NCBI GenBank assembly: GCA_001898035.1
Contig: MKRX01000027.1
Location: 25,001 to 89,000 of the forward strand
DNA length: 64,000 nucleotides
Source: Armatimonadetes bacterium 55-13
GTDB taxonomy: Bacteria > Armatimonadota > Fimbriimonadia > Fimbriimonadales > Fimbriimonadaceae
Direction: 5' to 3'
Shown: positions 29,790 to 39,160 of the stretch, one piece after another
How positions within the stretch are numbered: the stretch's first letter is position 1
Layout of the letters: each line of letters starts with the position of its first letter
Notes under the pieces: model-generated
Databases searched by the model: none
What the model was told of the DNA's origin: nothing
The model's input: only the letters and a program-made list of their open reading frames with translations
Translations under genes and position numbers: made by a program

Positions 29790-29931
29790 CCCCAACTCCG
29801 TACCAACTCCAAAAAACTCCCACAAAACAAGCCAATTTGTAGTAGTTTTTTCAAGCCCATTCTGACCCACCCTGTCGTTAAGAATCCCTCGTTGTTTTAA
29901 TGTTTTCTATCCCAATCCGAGGTCTTATCCA

Positions 29932-30816
29932 ATGTGTCATCCATCCCAAAATCAGGGTGCCCGGCGTGCGTTCACGCTCATTGAGCTCTTGGTGGTGATC
30001 GCCATCATTGCCATTCTCGCTGCCATCCTTTTCCCCGTCTTCGCCCAGGCCAAGCAAGCCGCTAAACAGGCCACCAGTCTCAGCAACGTCAAGCAAACCG
30101 CCCTCGCCGCCATCATGTATTCCGGCGACTATGACGACGTCGCCATCATGCCCGGCGTCTACGGCGCCGGTACCGGCATCACCGGTCTGAATCCCAAGGA
30201 CTACGCGCCCTGGAGCATGATCATCCAGCCGTACGTCAAGAGCATCGACATCTTCTCCGATCCCCAAGTCGGCGCCGGTGTCTTCAAGTTCCCGTTCCCC
30301 GCATCAAACGCCTGGAACAAGCTCTTCGACACCCAATACGGCTTGAATTTCCGGGCCTACGCTCCCATGCCCGCCATCCCTCCCGCCAATCCCGTCCCCA
30401 AGTCGATGACCTCCATTGCTCGACCGGCTGAAACGGTGTTCTTCGCCGCTAAGACCGCGCTCAATGAACTCACCATCCCGGGCTTCTGGAGCGATTACTT
30501 TGGCGACGAGTCTCCCTTCCTCGCCCAAATCGTCTGGCCCGTCGTCTGCGATGCCGAAATTCACTTTGCGCCTGACTGCTGGGGGCCGGACAGCTTTTTC
30601 AACTACGCCATCGTGAACAACAAGGCGAATGGATACCAAACCGGAGAGGTCAGCCAGCGGGGAAGTGGCCTCATGCTCATCGCCTGGGGAGACGGCCATG
30701 CCAGCAAGAAATCGGCGGGAGCCATGGCGGTAGGTACCAACTACGACGGCGTCCGCTCCATGTTCGCCACCACCATCACCGACCCCTCCAAGTACCTCTG
30801 GGATGGCAAGCAATGA
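29932..30816 (+). CDS. DUF1559 protein with a prepilin-type N-terminal cleavage/methylation domain
   Basis: [31 protein letters not shown]-terminal WGDGHASK motif. Confidence 0.8.
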   Translation: MCHPSQNQGARRAFTLIELLVVIAIIAILAAILFPVFAQAKQAAKQATSLSNVKQTALAAIMYSGDYDDVAIMPGVYGAGTGITGLNPKDYAPWSMIIQPYVKSIDIFSDPQVGAGVFKFPFPASNAWNKLFDTQYGLNFRAYAPMPAIPPANPVPKSMTSIARPAETVFFAAKTALNELTIPGFWSDYFGDESPFLAQIVWPVVCDAEIHFAPDCWGPDSFFNYAIVNNKANGYQTGEVSQRGSGLMLIAWGDGHASKKSAGAMAVGTNYDGVRSMFATTITDPSKYLWDGKQ

Positions 30817-30959
30817 GGTGGATTGCTCTTGTGTTGCTTGCCGTGGCGCTCTTCGGCTGCGGTCAATCGGAACCCAAAGCCGCCGCCCCCGTCTCGCAAG
30901 CGAATGCCCAACTCCCTAGCAACGCTGGGGGACAGCAACTCTCCTATCCCGGCAAATAG
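30813..30959 (+). CDS. Small lipoprotein (48 aa) coupled to the DUF1559 gene; absent from the ORF track
   Basis: Its ATG overlaps the upstream stop (ATGA). Sequence MRWIALVLLAVALFGCGQSEP… has a signal peptide with lipobox L-F-G-C. A paralogous partner exists at 47978-48151. Confidence 0.5.
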   Translation: MRWIALVLLAVALFGCGQSEPKAAAPVSQANAQLPSNAGGQQLSYPGK

Positions 30960-31010
30960 GCAAACTCAGCGCGGCCCTCCCGCAAAGGAGGGCCGCGTCA
31001 TACTGAGATC

Positions 31011-31715
31011 ATGCCCTCACTCGCCACCATTCGCGATCAAGCTGGCGGTTACGAGCGCAAAGCCTGGCGGCTAACCAGCCCCCTCCCAAACCCAAACCAC
31101 TTCTGCGTCTTCCTAGACGCCGAGTTCTATCTCGACCGCATAGACGTTGCTCCCCTCCTCGTCCAACTCCAAGAAGACGGAACCATTCCCCCCGTCAATT
31201 GCCTCTTCATCTCCCACCAAGACGCCACCGCTCGCCAGCACGATTTTCTCTGCCGAGACGACTACGCTCAGTTCGTCCTGCAAAACGCAATCGGCCCGGA
31301 ACCGAACAAAGTGATTTGCGGACTGAGCCTCAGCGCCCTCGCCGCCTGCCACATCGCGCTCAGCCATCCCCAAGTCTTCCTATCCGCGCTTTGCCAATCC
31401 CCTTCCTGCTGGTGGAACGATGAATGGCTCACCAAGCACATCCCCAAAGGGCCAGCGACCGCCAACCGCATCTGGATAAGCGTCGGTGACCAAGAGACCG
31501 AAGCCGGGGTGTCCCACCCTCCCACCGGTCTCCGGCAAGAGATCTCTCAACTGGACTCCGTCCAGCGCTGTGCGGAAGCTCTCAACCAACACGGCCACCT
31601 GGTCAATCTTCACGTCTTCGCCGGAGGTCACGCCCTGGAGCCCTGGATGGCCGAACTCCCCCTCGCCTTTCGCTGGCTGACCCATTTCGCTTCTGATACG
31701 TCTATCGAATCGTGA
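31011..31715 (+). CDS. Alpha/beta-hydrolase esterase (enterochelin-esterase-like / esterase D family)
   Basis: GLSLSA GxSxG nucleophile motif. HVFAGGH C-terminal His region. Confidence 0.55.
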   Translation: MPSLATIRDQAGGYERKAWRLTSPLPNPNHFCVFLDAEFYLDRIDVAPLLVQLQEDGTIPPVNCLFISHQDATARQHDFLCRDDYAQFVLQNAIGPEPNKVICGLSLSALAACHIALSHPQVFLSALCQSPSCWWNDEWLTKHIPKGPATANRIWISVGDQETEAGVSHPPTGLRQEISQLDSVQRCAEALNQHGHLVNLHVFAGGHALEPWMAELPLAFRWLTHFASDTSIES

Positions 31716-32884
31716 GCCTGTCCGCCGCCCTCCTCTTGGTCGTTGCCAAACCCGAAATCGATGCGGGAGCGCTGGAACTGCTGAAGGTCGCTGCCACTCG
31801 GCTAAAGAACCTGAACTCCCTTGAACTAACCGCGACGAGAACACTGGAACGAAAAGCTCCCGTCTCCGGCCAAAGCTCTCAAATCATCCGAAACGAGATC
31901 CAAGTCAAGATCCTGCGTCCCAACTTCGCCCTCATCCGCTCCGCCCTCTCCACCCGAAAGGCGGGCGAGAAATCCTGGGAGCGAATTCCCGACTGGCGAA
32001 CCTTCGCCTCGGATGGCCACCAAGCCTGGCTCCTCTACGGCCATCGCAAGGAATACCGCGCAAGCTCCCCAAGTTACATCGACATCAAAGAGCTAGCCCC
32101 GCTCAATGGACTCTTTGGACAATCTGAGTCGCTCCTGGACAAGGTCAAACTCCTCCAAGATCAAGATCTGCTCACCTCGCTCAAGCTGAGGAACAAGAAC
32201 ACCGTTGTCATTCAATATCGCCAAGTCGGCAGCGAAGAAGTCGTCAAGGAAACGCATACCTTCAATGCTCAACGCATCGAAGTGCGGACCCTCGTCGAGT
32301 GGTTAACCGATAACCGCACCGCAACCTTCGAACTGAAGGACATCAAAGTCAACCGCGCTATCCCGAAGGCGAACTTCACCTTCGAACTGCCCGAGGGTTA
32401 CCGCCTGGCCGAAGCAAAGGACTTTCAACGCAAGCCCCTTTTACCCATCGGCTCACCCGCCCCTGGTTTCACCGTCACCGACCCCAAGAACCAACCCGTC
32501 CGACTCCAAGATTTCCGGAGTCAGGTGCTTGTTTTGGACTTCTGGGCCTCCTGGTGCGGGCCATGCCTCCAATCCTTGCCCCAACTGAACGCCCTTGCCG
32601 CTAAGTACGAAACCTTCGGCGTCCGGTTCCTCTCCGTAGACGTCGGCGATACCCCCAAGGTCTTCCAGCGTTGGCTAGCCCAAAACCACTATCCCAACCT
32701 CCAGTTCGCCATCGATCCCGCTGGCATCCGAGGCAAGGGAATTGATACGCGCCTCTTCAATGCCGGGAGCTTGCCGACCACCTTCGTGATCGACGCGAAG
32801 AGCCGAGTCCGAGCCTCCCTTGTGGGCTATGGCGGGAACCTCGACGAACTGGAGCAATCCATCCGAATCGCAATTTCGCCCTAG
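31712..32884 (+). CDS. TlpA-like thiol-disulfide oxidoreductase with an N-terminal LolA-like/periplasmic domain
   Basis: C-terminal thioredoxin fold with WASWCGPC active site. 4-bp overlap with the upstream gene. Confidence 0.7.
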   Translation: MSLSAALLLVVAKPEIDAGALELLKVAATRLKNLNSLELTATRTLERKAPVSGQSSQIIRNEIQVKILRPNFALIRSALSTRKAGEKSWERIPDWRTFASDGHQAWLLYGHRKEYRASSPSYIDIKELAPLNGLFGQSESLLDKVKLLQDQDLLTSLKLRNKNTVVIQYRQVGSEEVVKETHTFNAQRIEVRTLVEWLTDNRTATFELKDIKVNRAIPKANFTFELPEGYRLAEAKDFQRKPLLPIGSPAPGFTVTDPKNQPVRLQDFRSQVLVLDFWASWCGPCLQSLPQLNALAAKYETFGVRFLSVDVGDTPKVFQRWLAQNHYPNLQFAIDPAGIRGKGIDTRLFNAGSLPTTFVIDAKSRVRASLVGYGGNLDELEQSIRIAISP

Positions 32885-32991
32885 GACCGCAACCCCCAAA
32901 TCGCCGCCCCGTAACTGCTGTGGGATGCCAAAGAGTCCCACGAAAAATCGATTGGCGAAAGCTTCGTGCGACTCTTCCTGGCACGATCTAT

Positions 32992-34929
32992 ATGCTTTAC
33001 GCACAAATGACAAACACGGACATCGTCCGTTTCTGGTGGGTTCTTCTTCCCATCTTCTGCATCATTTTCTTCAAGCCGCTTCTTCGGCTTGTCCTCGGCA
33101 TGGTAATCGTGCCCGAGGACCGTATCGGCCTTGTCACCAAGAAATTCGTGCTCTTCGGCGCTCATAAGGAGCTGCCGGATGGCCGCATTTTGGCAACCAA
33201 AGGCGAAGCCGGTATTCAGGCCCGCGCCCTTCCTCCCGGACTCTACTGGATGATGTGGCCGTGGCAGTACTCCGTCACCATGCAGCCGTTCACGGTTGTG
33301 CCCGAGGGCAAGGTGGGACTCGTTTTGTCCAATGACGGACACGAGCTTCCGACCGGCCACATCTTGGGCCGCAAGGTGGAGTGCGATAACTTCCAGGATG
33401 CCGTACTGTTCCTGGAGCGAGGGGGCCAAAAGGGTCGCCAGACCCAACTATTGACCGCCGGTACCTACCGAATCAACACGCTTGCCTTCAATATCGCGAT
33501 GGCCGATATCACGATCATTCGCGAGAACATGGTCGGCATCGTGACCGCGCTCGACGGTCTTCCCATCAAGCATGGGCAGATTGCCGGTGACTACATCGAG
33601 AGCCACAACAACTTTCAGGATGTGGATGCATTCCTGTCGAACGGGGGCAACCGAGGTCTCCAACCGCAGGTCATGCTCGCGGGTAGCTACTTCATCAATC
33701 GCTGGGCCATCCAGATCGAAGAGATCCCCATGACGGACGTGCCCATCGGCCATGTCGGCGTCGTCATCTCCTACATCGGAGAGGATGGCAAGGACCTGAC
33801 CGGCGAAGGTTTCCGCCACGGCAATATCGTGGAAAAGGGATTCCGAGGTGTCTGGATGGAGCCGCTTGGCCCGGGCAAGTACCCCATCAACACCTACACC
33901 ATGAAGGTGGAACTGGTCCCCACGACCAACCTGGTGCTGAACTGGGCGAACGCCCGTAGCGAGGCCCATGCGTTGGACAAGAACCTCTGCACCATCACGG
34001 TCCGCAGTAAGGACGGATTCCCGTTCAACCTGGACGTCTCGCAGATCATCCATATCCCCGCCACCGAGGCCCCCAAGGTGATTGCTCGCTTCGGCAGCAT
34101 GACCAACCTGGTGTCGCAGGTGCTGGAGCCAACCATCGGAAACTACTTCCGAAACAGCGCGCAGGATAGCGACGTCATCAGCTTCCTTTCCACTCGAAAG
34201 GAGCGCCAGATGGCGGCGAAGGATCATATCCGAGAGGTCTTGGATGAGTACAACGTGAACGCGGTCGATACGCTCATCGGCGATATCGTCCCGCCCGAGG
34301 CGCTCATGAAGACCCTGACCGATCGAAAGATCGCCCAGGAGGAAGAGAAGACCTACGAGACTCAGCGCATGGCGCAAGAGAAGCGCCAAGGCATGGAGAA
34401 AGAAACCGCCATCGCCGATATGCAGCGAGAAATCGTTAAGGCTCAGCAGAGCGTCGAGATTTCTCAGCGCACCGCCGATGCCACCGTCCGCAAGGCCGAG
34501 GGTGATGCCGAGAGTCTGAAACTTCAGGTCAAGGCCGAGTCCGAAGCGACCAAGATGCGAGCGAACGCGGAAGCCGAAGCTACCAAGGCAAAGGGTGCCG
34601 CTCAAGCCGAGTACACCAAGCTCAACGCGGTGGCCGAAGCCGAGCGCATCTCGAAGACCGGTCTCGCCGAAGCCGAGAAGATCATGGCCATCGGTAAGTC
34701 GACGGCGGAAGCCTACGAGCTTCAGGTGAAGGCGATGGGTGAAGAGAACTTCACTCGCTACAAGATCACCGAGGAGATCTCCAAAGGCAAGATCAAGATC
34801 ATTCCTGATCTGATCGTTAGCGGAGGAGACTCCACCGACGGCGGACTGAATGGTCTGATGGGAATGCAGCTACTCCAAATGCTGCAAACCCGAAACGAAT
34901 CGACGACGAACGGTTCTTCAAAGAACTAA
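32992..34929 (+). CDS. Flotillin-like SPFH/band-7 domain protein (YqiK family)
   Basis: N-terminal TM helix. SPFH domain. Long Ala/Glu/Lys-rich coiled-coil (flotillin) region AEAEATKAKGAAQAEY…. Confidence 0.8.
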   Translation: MLYAQMTNTDIVRFWWVLLPIFCIIFFKPLLRLVLGMVIVPEDRIGLVTKKFVLFGAHKELPDGRILATKGEAGIQARALPPGLYWMMWPWQYSVTMQPFTVVPEGKVGLVLSNDGHELPTGHILGRKVECDNFQDAVLFLERGGQKGRQTQLLTAGTYRINTLAFNIAMADITIIRENMVGIVTALDGLPIKHGQIAGDYIESHNNFQDVDAFLSNGGNRGLQPQVMLAGSYFINRWAIQIEEIPMTDVPIGHVGVVISYIGEDGKDLTGEGFRHGNIVEKGFRGVWMEPLGPGKYPINTYTMKVELVPTTNLVLNWANARSEAHALDKNLCTITVRSKDGFPFNLDVSQIIHIPATEAPKVIARFGSMTNLVSQVLEPTIGNYFRNSAQDSDVISFLSTRKERQMAAKDHIREVLDEYNVNAVDTLIGDIVPPEALMKTLTDRKIAQEEEKTYETQRMAQEKRQGMEKETAIADMQREIVKAQQSVEISQRTADATVRKAEGDAESLKLQVKAESEATKMRANAEAEATKAKGAAQAEYTKLNAVAEAERISKTGLAEAEKIMAIGKSTAEAYELQVKAMGEENFTRYKITEEISKGKIKIIPDLIVSGGDSTDGGLNGLMGMQLLQMLQTRNESTTNGSSKN

Positions 34930-35020
34930 CTCGCCAGCCGTCCCAGAAATGGGGCGGCATTTTTATGCCAATCATTTCCATATATAGAAAAATGTTATAT
35001 ATTGATCTTCAGGAGTTTGC

Positions 35021-35359
35021 ATGGCATTTCGTAGCGACATTAACGCCCTCATCCTAGCTGCGCTGGAAGACGGACCTCTTCACGGCTATCAGATCGTGAA
35101 GCGGCTAAAGGAAACCGGTGGTACCGGGAGACTGTCGGAAGGGCAGATCTATCCCTACCTCCACAAGCTAGAGGGAGACGATCTCCTTTCTGCGAACTGG
35201 GAGACCGATACCGGCGCCGCTCCCCGCAAGGTGTATCAACTCACCCCTAAGGGGGTTGCCGAACTGGATCGCCAACGCCTGCAATGGCAAAAGTTTGTGT
35301 CAGGAGTGGGAGCGTTGTTGATCCCCGCCATCAAAAAATCGGAGAAGGGAAATGTCTGA
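35021..35359 (+). CDS. PadR family transcriptional regulator
   Basis: HGYQIVKRL…GQIYPYLHKLE winged-helix signature. 112 aa. Confidence 0.8.
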   Translation: MAFRSDINALILAALEDGPLHGYQIVKRLKETGGTGRLSEGQIYPYLHKLEGDDLLSANWETDTGAAPRKVYQLTPKGVAELDRQRLQWQKFVSGVGALLIPAIKKSEKGNV

Positions 35360-36458
35360 GTATCTCCACTGGTATCTCGTCGAACTCCGAAACCGCCTGG
35401 ACCCCAAACTCCCTCAGCGAAAGGTCCACGAGATCCTCTCTGAAACGGAAGATCACCTCAAAGAGTCGGCTCGGGAGCTTGCCGAGGAGTTCGGCTGGAA
35501 CGAGAACGACAGCATGCTTGCCGCCATCCAATCTTATGGCGATCCCGAAAAGGTTGCCCTCAGTCACCTTGCCGCTTCGGATCCAAAATTCTGGGGCGTA
35601 CCCCCCATTTGGGTGATCTTCGGCAGCGCCCTTGTCGCCATCTGGTGCTGGAACTTTGAGTGGCTCAGCCTCCGAGGATTCTTCGACCATTTTGGTGAGA
35701 CCTGGGAAAACGGTTTTGTCGCTACCCTCGGCGTTTTCGCCCTCGTAACCTTCTTCCGCGCCTGCCGGGCAGGCTATCGCTCTTACCGCAAGGAAGTGAT
35801 GCAACTTGGATTCGTCACCGCCTTCGGCCTGGTCTTCCTGATGTCCACCTGGATGATCTCCGTCCCTGACCAATGGCAGGGGATCTCTCGCTTCCACATC
35901 AACCGAGAAGAGAAGAACTTATGGAGCAATTTGACTGCGCTGAATCGAATTGAAGATCTCTGCGAACTGGGAAGAAACAAATTCGGCCAGGCGGCAGATC
36001 CAGGTCAGATCCCCTTTCAATTTGAAATCACGGCGGATCTCCGGGGCGCCTATGATCACATTTTGTCGCTCAACCGTGGCAAGTCGCCGACCGTTAGCCA
36101 GATGGAACAAACGGTGGTGAATAGCTACATCGTTCCTGGCTCTGTGATTTTCGTGACCCCAAGCAAGCCTCTCTGGTTCTTCCAACAAGAAGATCGCTTT
36201 GATGTGGCCAGAAAGAGATGGGCCGCAAGCGGGCCATCGACTCAAAAGGCGATCCAGGGGGCCAGGGATGAGATCAATCTCTACCTCGCCGCCATCGCAC
36301 AAGCCCGTTCGGGCCGCATCTTCTTCTTCGATTCCCGCGTCTATGGCAAGCCCGTGGTCTTGACGCTCTTGTTTCTCCCCGCGCTTCTGTTATTGGAAGC
36401 CGTCGCCTACAATCGTTCGCGACGGCGTTCCCCCCTCCCCGTGCGGGTGATCGCATAA
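35352..36458 (+). CDS. PadR-associated membrane protein (DUF1700/HAAS-like N-terminus)
   Basis: Overlaps the PadR stop (ATGTCTGA). N-terminal helical region typical of PadR-partner proteins, followed by multiple TM helices. Confidence 0.5.
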   Translation: MSEYLHWYLVELRNRLDPKLPQRKVHEILSETEDHLKESARELAEEFGWNENDSMLAAIQSYGDPEKVALSHLAASDPKFWGVPPIWVIFGSALVAIWCWNFEWLSLRGFFDHFGETWENGFVATLGVFALVTFFRACRAGYRSYRKEVMQLGFVTAFGLVFLMSTWMISVPDQWQGISRFHINREEKNLWSNLTALNRIEDLCELGRNKFGQAADPGQIPFQFEITADLRGAYDHILSLNRGKSPTVSQMEQTVVNSYIVPGSVIFVTPSKPLWFFQQEDRFDVARKRWAASGPSTQKAIQGARDEINLYLAAIAQARSGRIFFFDSRVYGKPVVLTLLFLPALLLLEAVAYNRSRRRSPLPVRVIA

Positions 36459-36462
36459 ACCC

Positions 36463-37344
36463 CTACCAACGGATCTGAGCGGGGAAGAACTCTCCGATCA
36501 GGTCCTCATAGTAGGGCCGTAGCTTCTCAACGTTCGGCCTCTCATCCACCTTGGAATAGAGGTCGTACTTGTTGAACTCCTTCACCCACTTCAGCATCTC
36601 CCGATCGGTGTCCGAAGCCAAGTGGTCGTACTCGCCCTCCCGGTGCCACGGATAAAACGAGTGGTACCGGATCATGTAGAGAGCTTCTTGAGGCATGTAG
36701 TCCTTCACCACGTGATACAGATACTCGTCGTGCCCAAAGGAGAGATCGACATTGTCGAACCCAATCCCCGGCTCATAGATCCCATGGGGAGTCTGATATT
36801 CGGTCACCTGAGAATCGGGATTGTCCTTAAAGAACTCTGAGAACACGATCTTGTCCGAATACTTGCAGGCCGTCGGGAAGGTATCGCCCACCACCGCCCA
36901 CTGCGGTTCGCCGAACAGACAGAGAACCTTGCCCAAGTCATGCAGTAGGCCCGTCAAGATGAACCAGCGCGGATGCCCATCCGCCCTAATCGCCTCCGAG
37001 GTCTGCATCAGATGCTCAATCTGCGTGGCGTCCGTATCAGGGTCGCTATCGTCCACCAACGTGTTGAGAAACTCCATCGCCTCCCAAACGCTCATTGTTC
37101 GCTTGTTCAGCGAACAGTATTCGGCCTTTTTCGCCTTCACAAACTCGTGCGTCTGGTAGGTGTGGTTGAGGCGATAAAACTCCTTGACCGTGGGCCGAAC
37201 TTCGGCCTGATAGTCGCGAAAAACGTGTTCCTCGGTGGGATACCGCTCCAGTAGATCGTCTTCCCATTCATCGAGAGATTCCAATGGCTGGGTTGAAATC
37301 GAGTCCCCTTCGATACTCATGTCCACACTATAAAGGAGACCCAT
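36463..37344 (-). CDS. myo-Inositol oxygenase
   Basis: Strong similarity to the MIOX signature blocks [37 protein letters not shown] and FNKYDLYSK…KLRPYY. 293 aa. Confidence 0.8.
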   Translation of the reverse strand: MGLLYSVDMSIEGDSISTQPLESLDEWEDDLLERYPTEEHVFRDYQAEVRPTVKEFYRLNHTYQTHEFVKAKKAEYCSLNKRTMSVWEAMEFLNTLVDDSDPDTDATQIEHLMQTSEAIRADGHPRWFILTGLLHDLGKVLCLFGEPQWAVVGDTFPTACKYSDKIVFSEFFKDNPDSQVTEYQTPHGIYEPGIGFDNVDLSFGHDEYLYHVVKDYMPQEALYMIRYHSFYPWHREGEYDHLASDTDREMLKWVKEFNKYDLYSKVDERPNVEKLRPYYEDLIGEFFPAQIRW

Positions 37345-37456
37345 CTCGCCGCCAAGAGGTTTATTCCCGTCTTAAACTTGAGGAACCAAACTGGGGCTCA
37401 AGAATCAAATGTCGAGCCTAAATGGACCGTCAAGACAAGAGGAGCGTCCGATAACC

Positions 37457-38206
37457 ATGAACAACCCGAAAGCAATCGCCGCCATCCTCGCCCTCGGAGC
37501 TATCACCGTGGCGAGCGCCCAAACGGCCCCCAAGAAGACCGAGGTCACGGGAACGATTTCTTACCGAGAGCGTGTAGCCCTCCCCAGCAGCGCGGTGGTC
37601 ACGGTTCGCCTGGAAGACGTAAGTCTCGCCGATGCCCCGTCGAAGTTCATCGCCGAATACCGCTTCATGACCGGCGGCAAGCAGCCCCCGTTCAGTTATC
37701 GCCTCCCCTTCGCACCCGGCGCCATTCAGAAAAACCACCGCTATCAGGTCCGGGCAAGCATCTCCGTTGCCGATGTCCTGTGGTTCACCACCACCACCGC
37801 CAACCCAGTGATCAGCAACGGGGTTTACAAAGCCAATCTGGTCCTGAACAAGGTCTCCATGATCAAAACCAACATCACCAACGTGGAATGGGCTCTCGAA
37901 GAAATCAACGGCCACCCCGCCGAGCCCGGACGTAACGGCGCTCCAAATCTAAAACTTGACACCCAGAATGGACGACTCACCGGAAACACCGGCATCAATC
38001 AGTTCTCGGGAACGTTCAAGGTCACCGGAAACAATCTCGAACTCCAACCCGGCGCCATGACCAAAATGGCCGGCCCCGAACCCCTGATGAAGCAAGAGCG
38101 AGCCTTTATCGAGGTTCTGCGAACCGCCGACGCCTACCGATTCGTGAATGGAAAGCTGGAAGTGCTCTCCCACGGCAAAGTCATCGCCCGCTTTGCCAAG
38201 AAATAA
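37457..38206 (+). CDS. Lipoprotein with YbaY-like and META (HslJ-like) domains
   Basis: Signal peptide. YbaY-like region (TGTISYRERVALP). C-terminal META/DUF306-like region (NRYQVRASISV…, LTGNTGINQFSGTFKV). Confidence 0.55.
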   Translation: MNNPKAIAAILALGAITVASAQTAPKKTEVTGTISYRERVALPSSAVVTVRLEDVSLADAPSKFIAEYRFMTGGKQPPFSYRLPFAPGAIQKNHRYQVRASISVADVLWFTTTTANPVISNGVYKANLVLNKVSMIKTNITNVEWALEEINGHPAEPGRNGAPNLKLDTQNGRLTGNTGINQFSGTFKVTGNNLELQPGAMTKMAGPEPLMKQERAFIEVLRTADAYRFVNGKLEVLSHGKVIARFAKK

Positions 38207-38208
38207 GA

Positions 38209-38232
38209 AAGGGGCCATCTGGCCCCATTCTC
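38209..38232. terminator. Bidirectional hairpin terminator between convergent genes
   Basis: GGGGCCATCTGGCCCC hairpin flanked by T-rich runs on both strands. Confidence 0.7.
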
Positions 38233-38233
38233 T

Positions 38234-39145
38234 TTAGAACAAGTCGTCGATCGACAGATACCGTTCGCCGGTGTCGTAGCTAAACGTCAAAATCCGACTT
38301 CCATCGGCGATCTCCGGCAACTTCTGCTGGACCGCTGCCAGGGACGCGCCCGACGAGATCCCGACCAAAAGCCCTTCTTCCTTCGCCGCTCGCCTCGCGA
38401 ACTCAAAGGCGTCCGCCTCTTCCACCGTAATCACCCCGTCCAGCGCATCGGTGTGAAGGTTCTTCGGCACGAATCCCGCGCCGATTCCTTGCAGTCGGTG
38501 CGGACTTGGCCCGCCGCCCGAGATGACCGCAGACTTCGCCGGTTCCACCGCAAACACCTTCAGATTCGGCCATCGCTCCTTCAAGACCTCCGCGACGCCC
38601 GTGATGTGCCCACCGGTCCCCACGCCCGTGATGATGTAGTCGAGACCTTCCGGAAAGTCCTGCAAGATCTCTTCCGCCGTGGTCTTCTTGTGGGCCGCAA
38701 TGTTGGCTTCGTTATCGAACTGGCTCGGAATCCAGGCGTTGGGCAAGCTGGCCGCTAACTCGTTCGCCCGATTGATTGCTCCGCTCATCCCCTGCTCGCG
38801 CGGCGTCAATTCAAACTTCGCCCCGTAGGCGGACATCAGCTTGCGACGCTCCACCGACATCGATTCCGGCATCACCAAGATCAACTCGTAGCCCTTGACC
38901 GCGGCCACCATCGCCAACCCAACGCCAGTATTGCCCGACGTCGGCTCGACCAAAACGCTTCCTGGCTTCAAAACGCCCCGCGCCTCTGCATCCTCGATCA
39001 TCGAGAGCGCAATGCGGTCCTTAATACTTCCGCCCGGATTCTGGCGCTCCAACTTGGCCCACACTTCCACCCGAGGATCGAAGAGTCGGTTGATCCTCAG
39101 GTGAGGGGTATTGCCGATGAGATTCAGTACAGATTCGCTTTTCAC
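38234..39145 (-). CDS. cysK: Cysteine synthase A (O-acetylserine sulfhydrylase)
   Basis: PLP-lysine motif SIKDR. GNTG loop. About 303 aa. Adjacent to cysE. Confidence 0.9.
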   Translation of the reverse strand: MKSESVLNLIGNTPHLRINRLFDPRVEVWAKLERQNPGGSIKDRIALSMIEDAEARGVLKPGSVLVEPTSGNTGVGLAMVAAVKGYELILVMPESMSVERRKLMSAYGAKFELTPREQGMSGAINRANELAASLPNAWIPSQFDNEANIAAHKKTTAEEILQDFPEGLDYIITGVGTGGHITGVAEVLKERWPNLKVFAVEPAKSAVISGGGPSPHRLQGIGAGFVPKNLHTDALDGVITVEEADAFEFARRAAKEEGLLVGISSGASLAAVQQKLPEIADGSRILTFSYDTGERYLSIDDLF

Positions 39146-39160
39146 TTGTTAGCTCCGTGT

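Noticed and set aside
33448-34605. 385-aa minus-strand ORF inside the flotillin gene
   Set aside because: Antisense shadow of the Ala/Glu-rich coiled-coil region.
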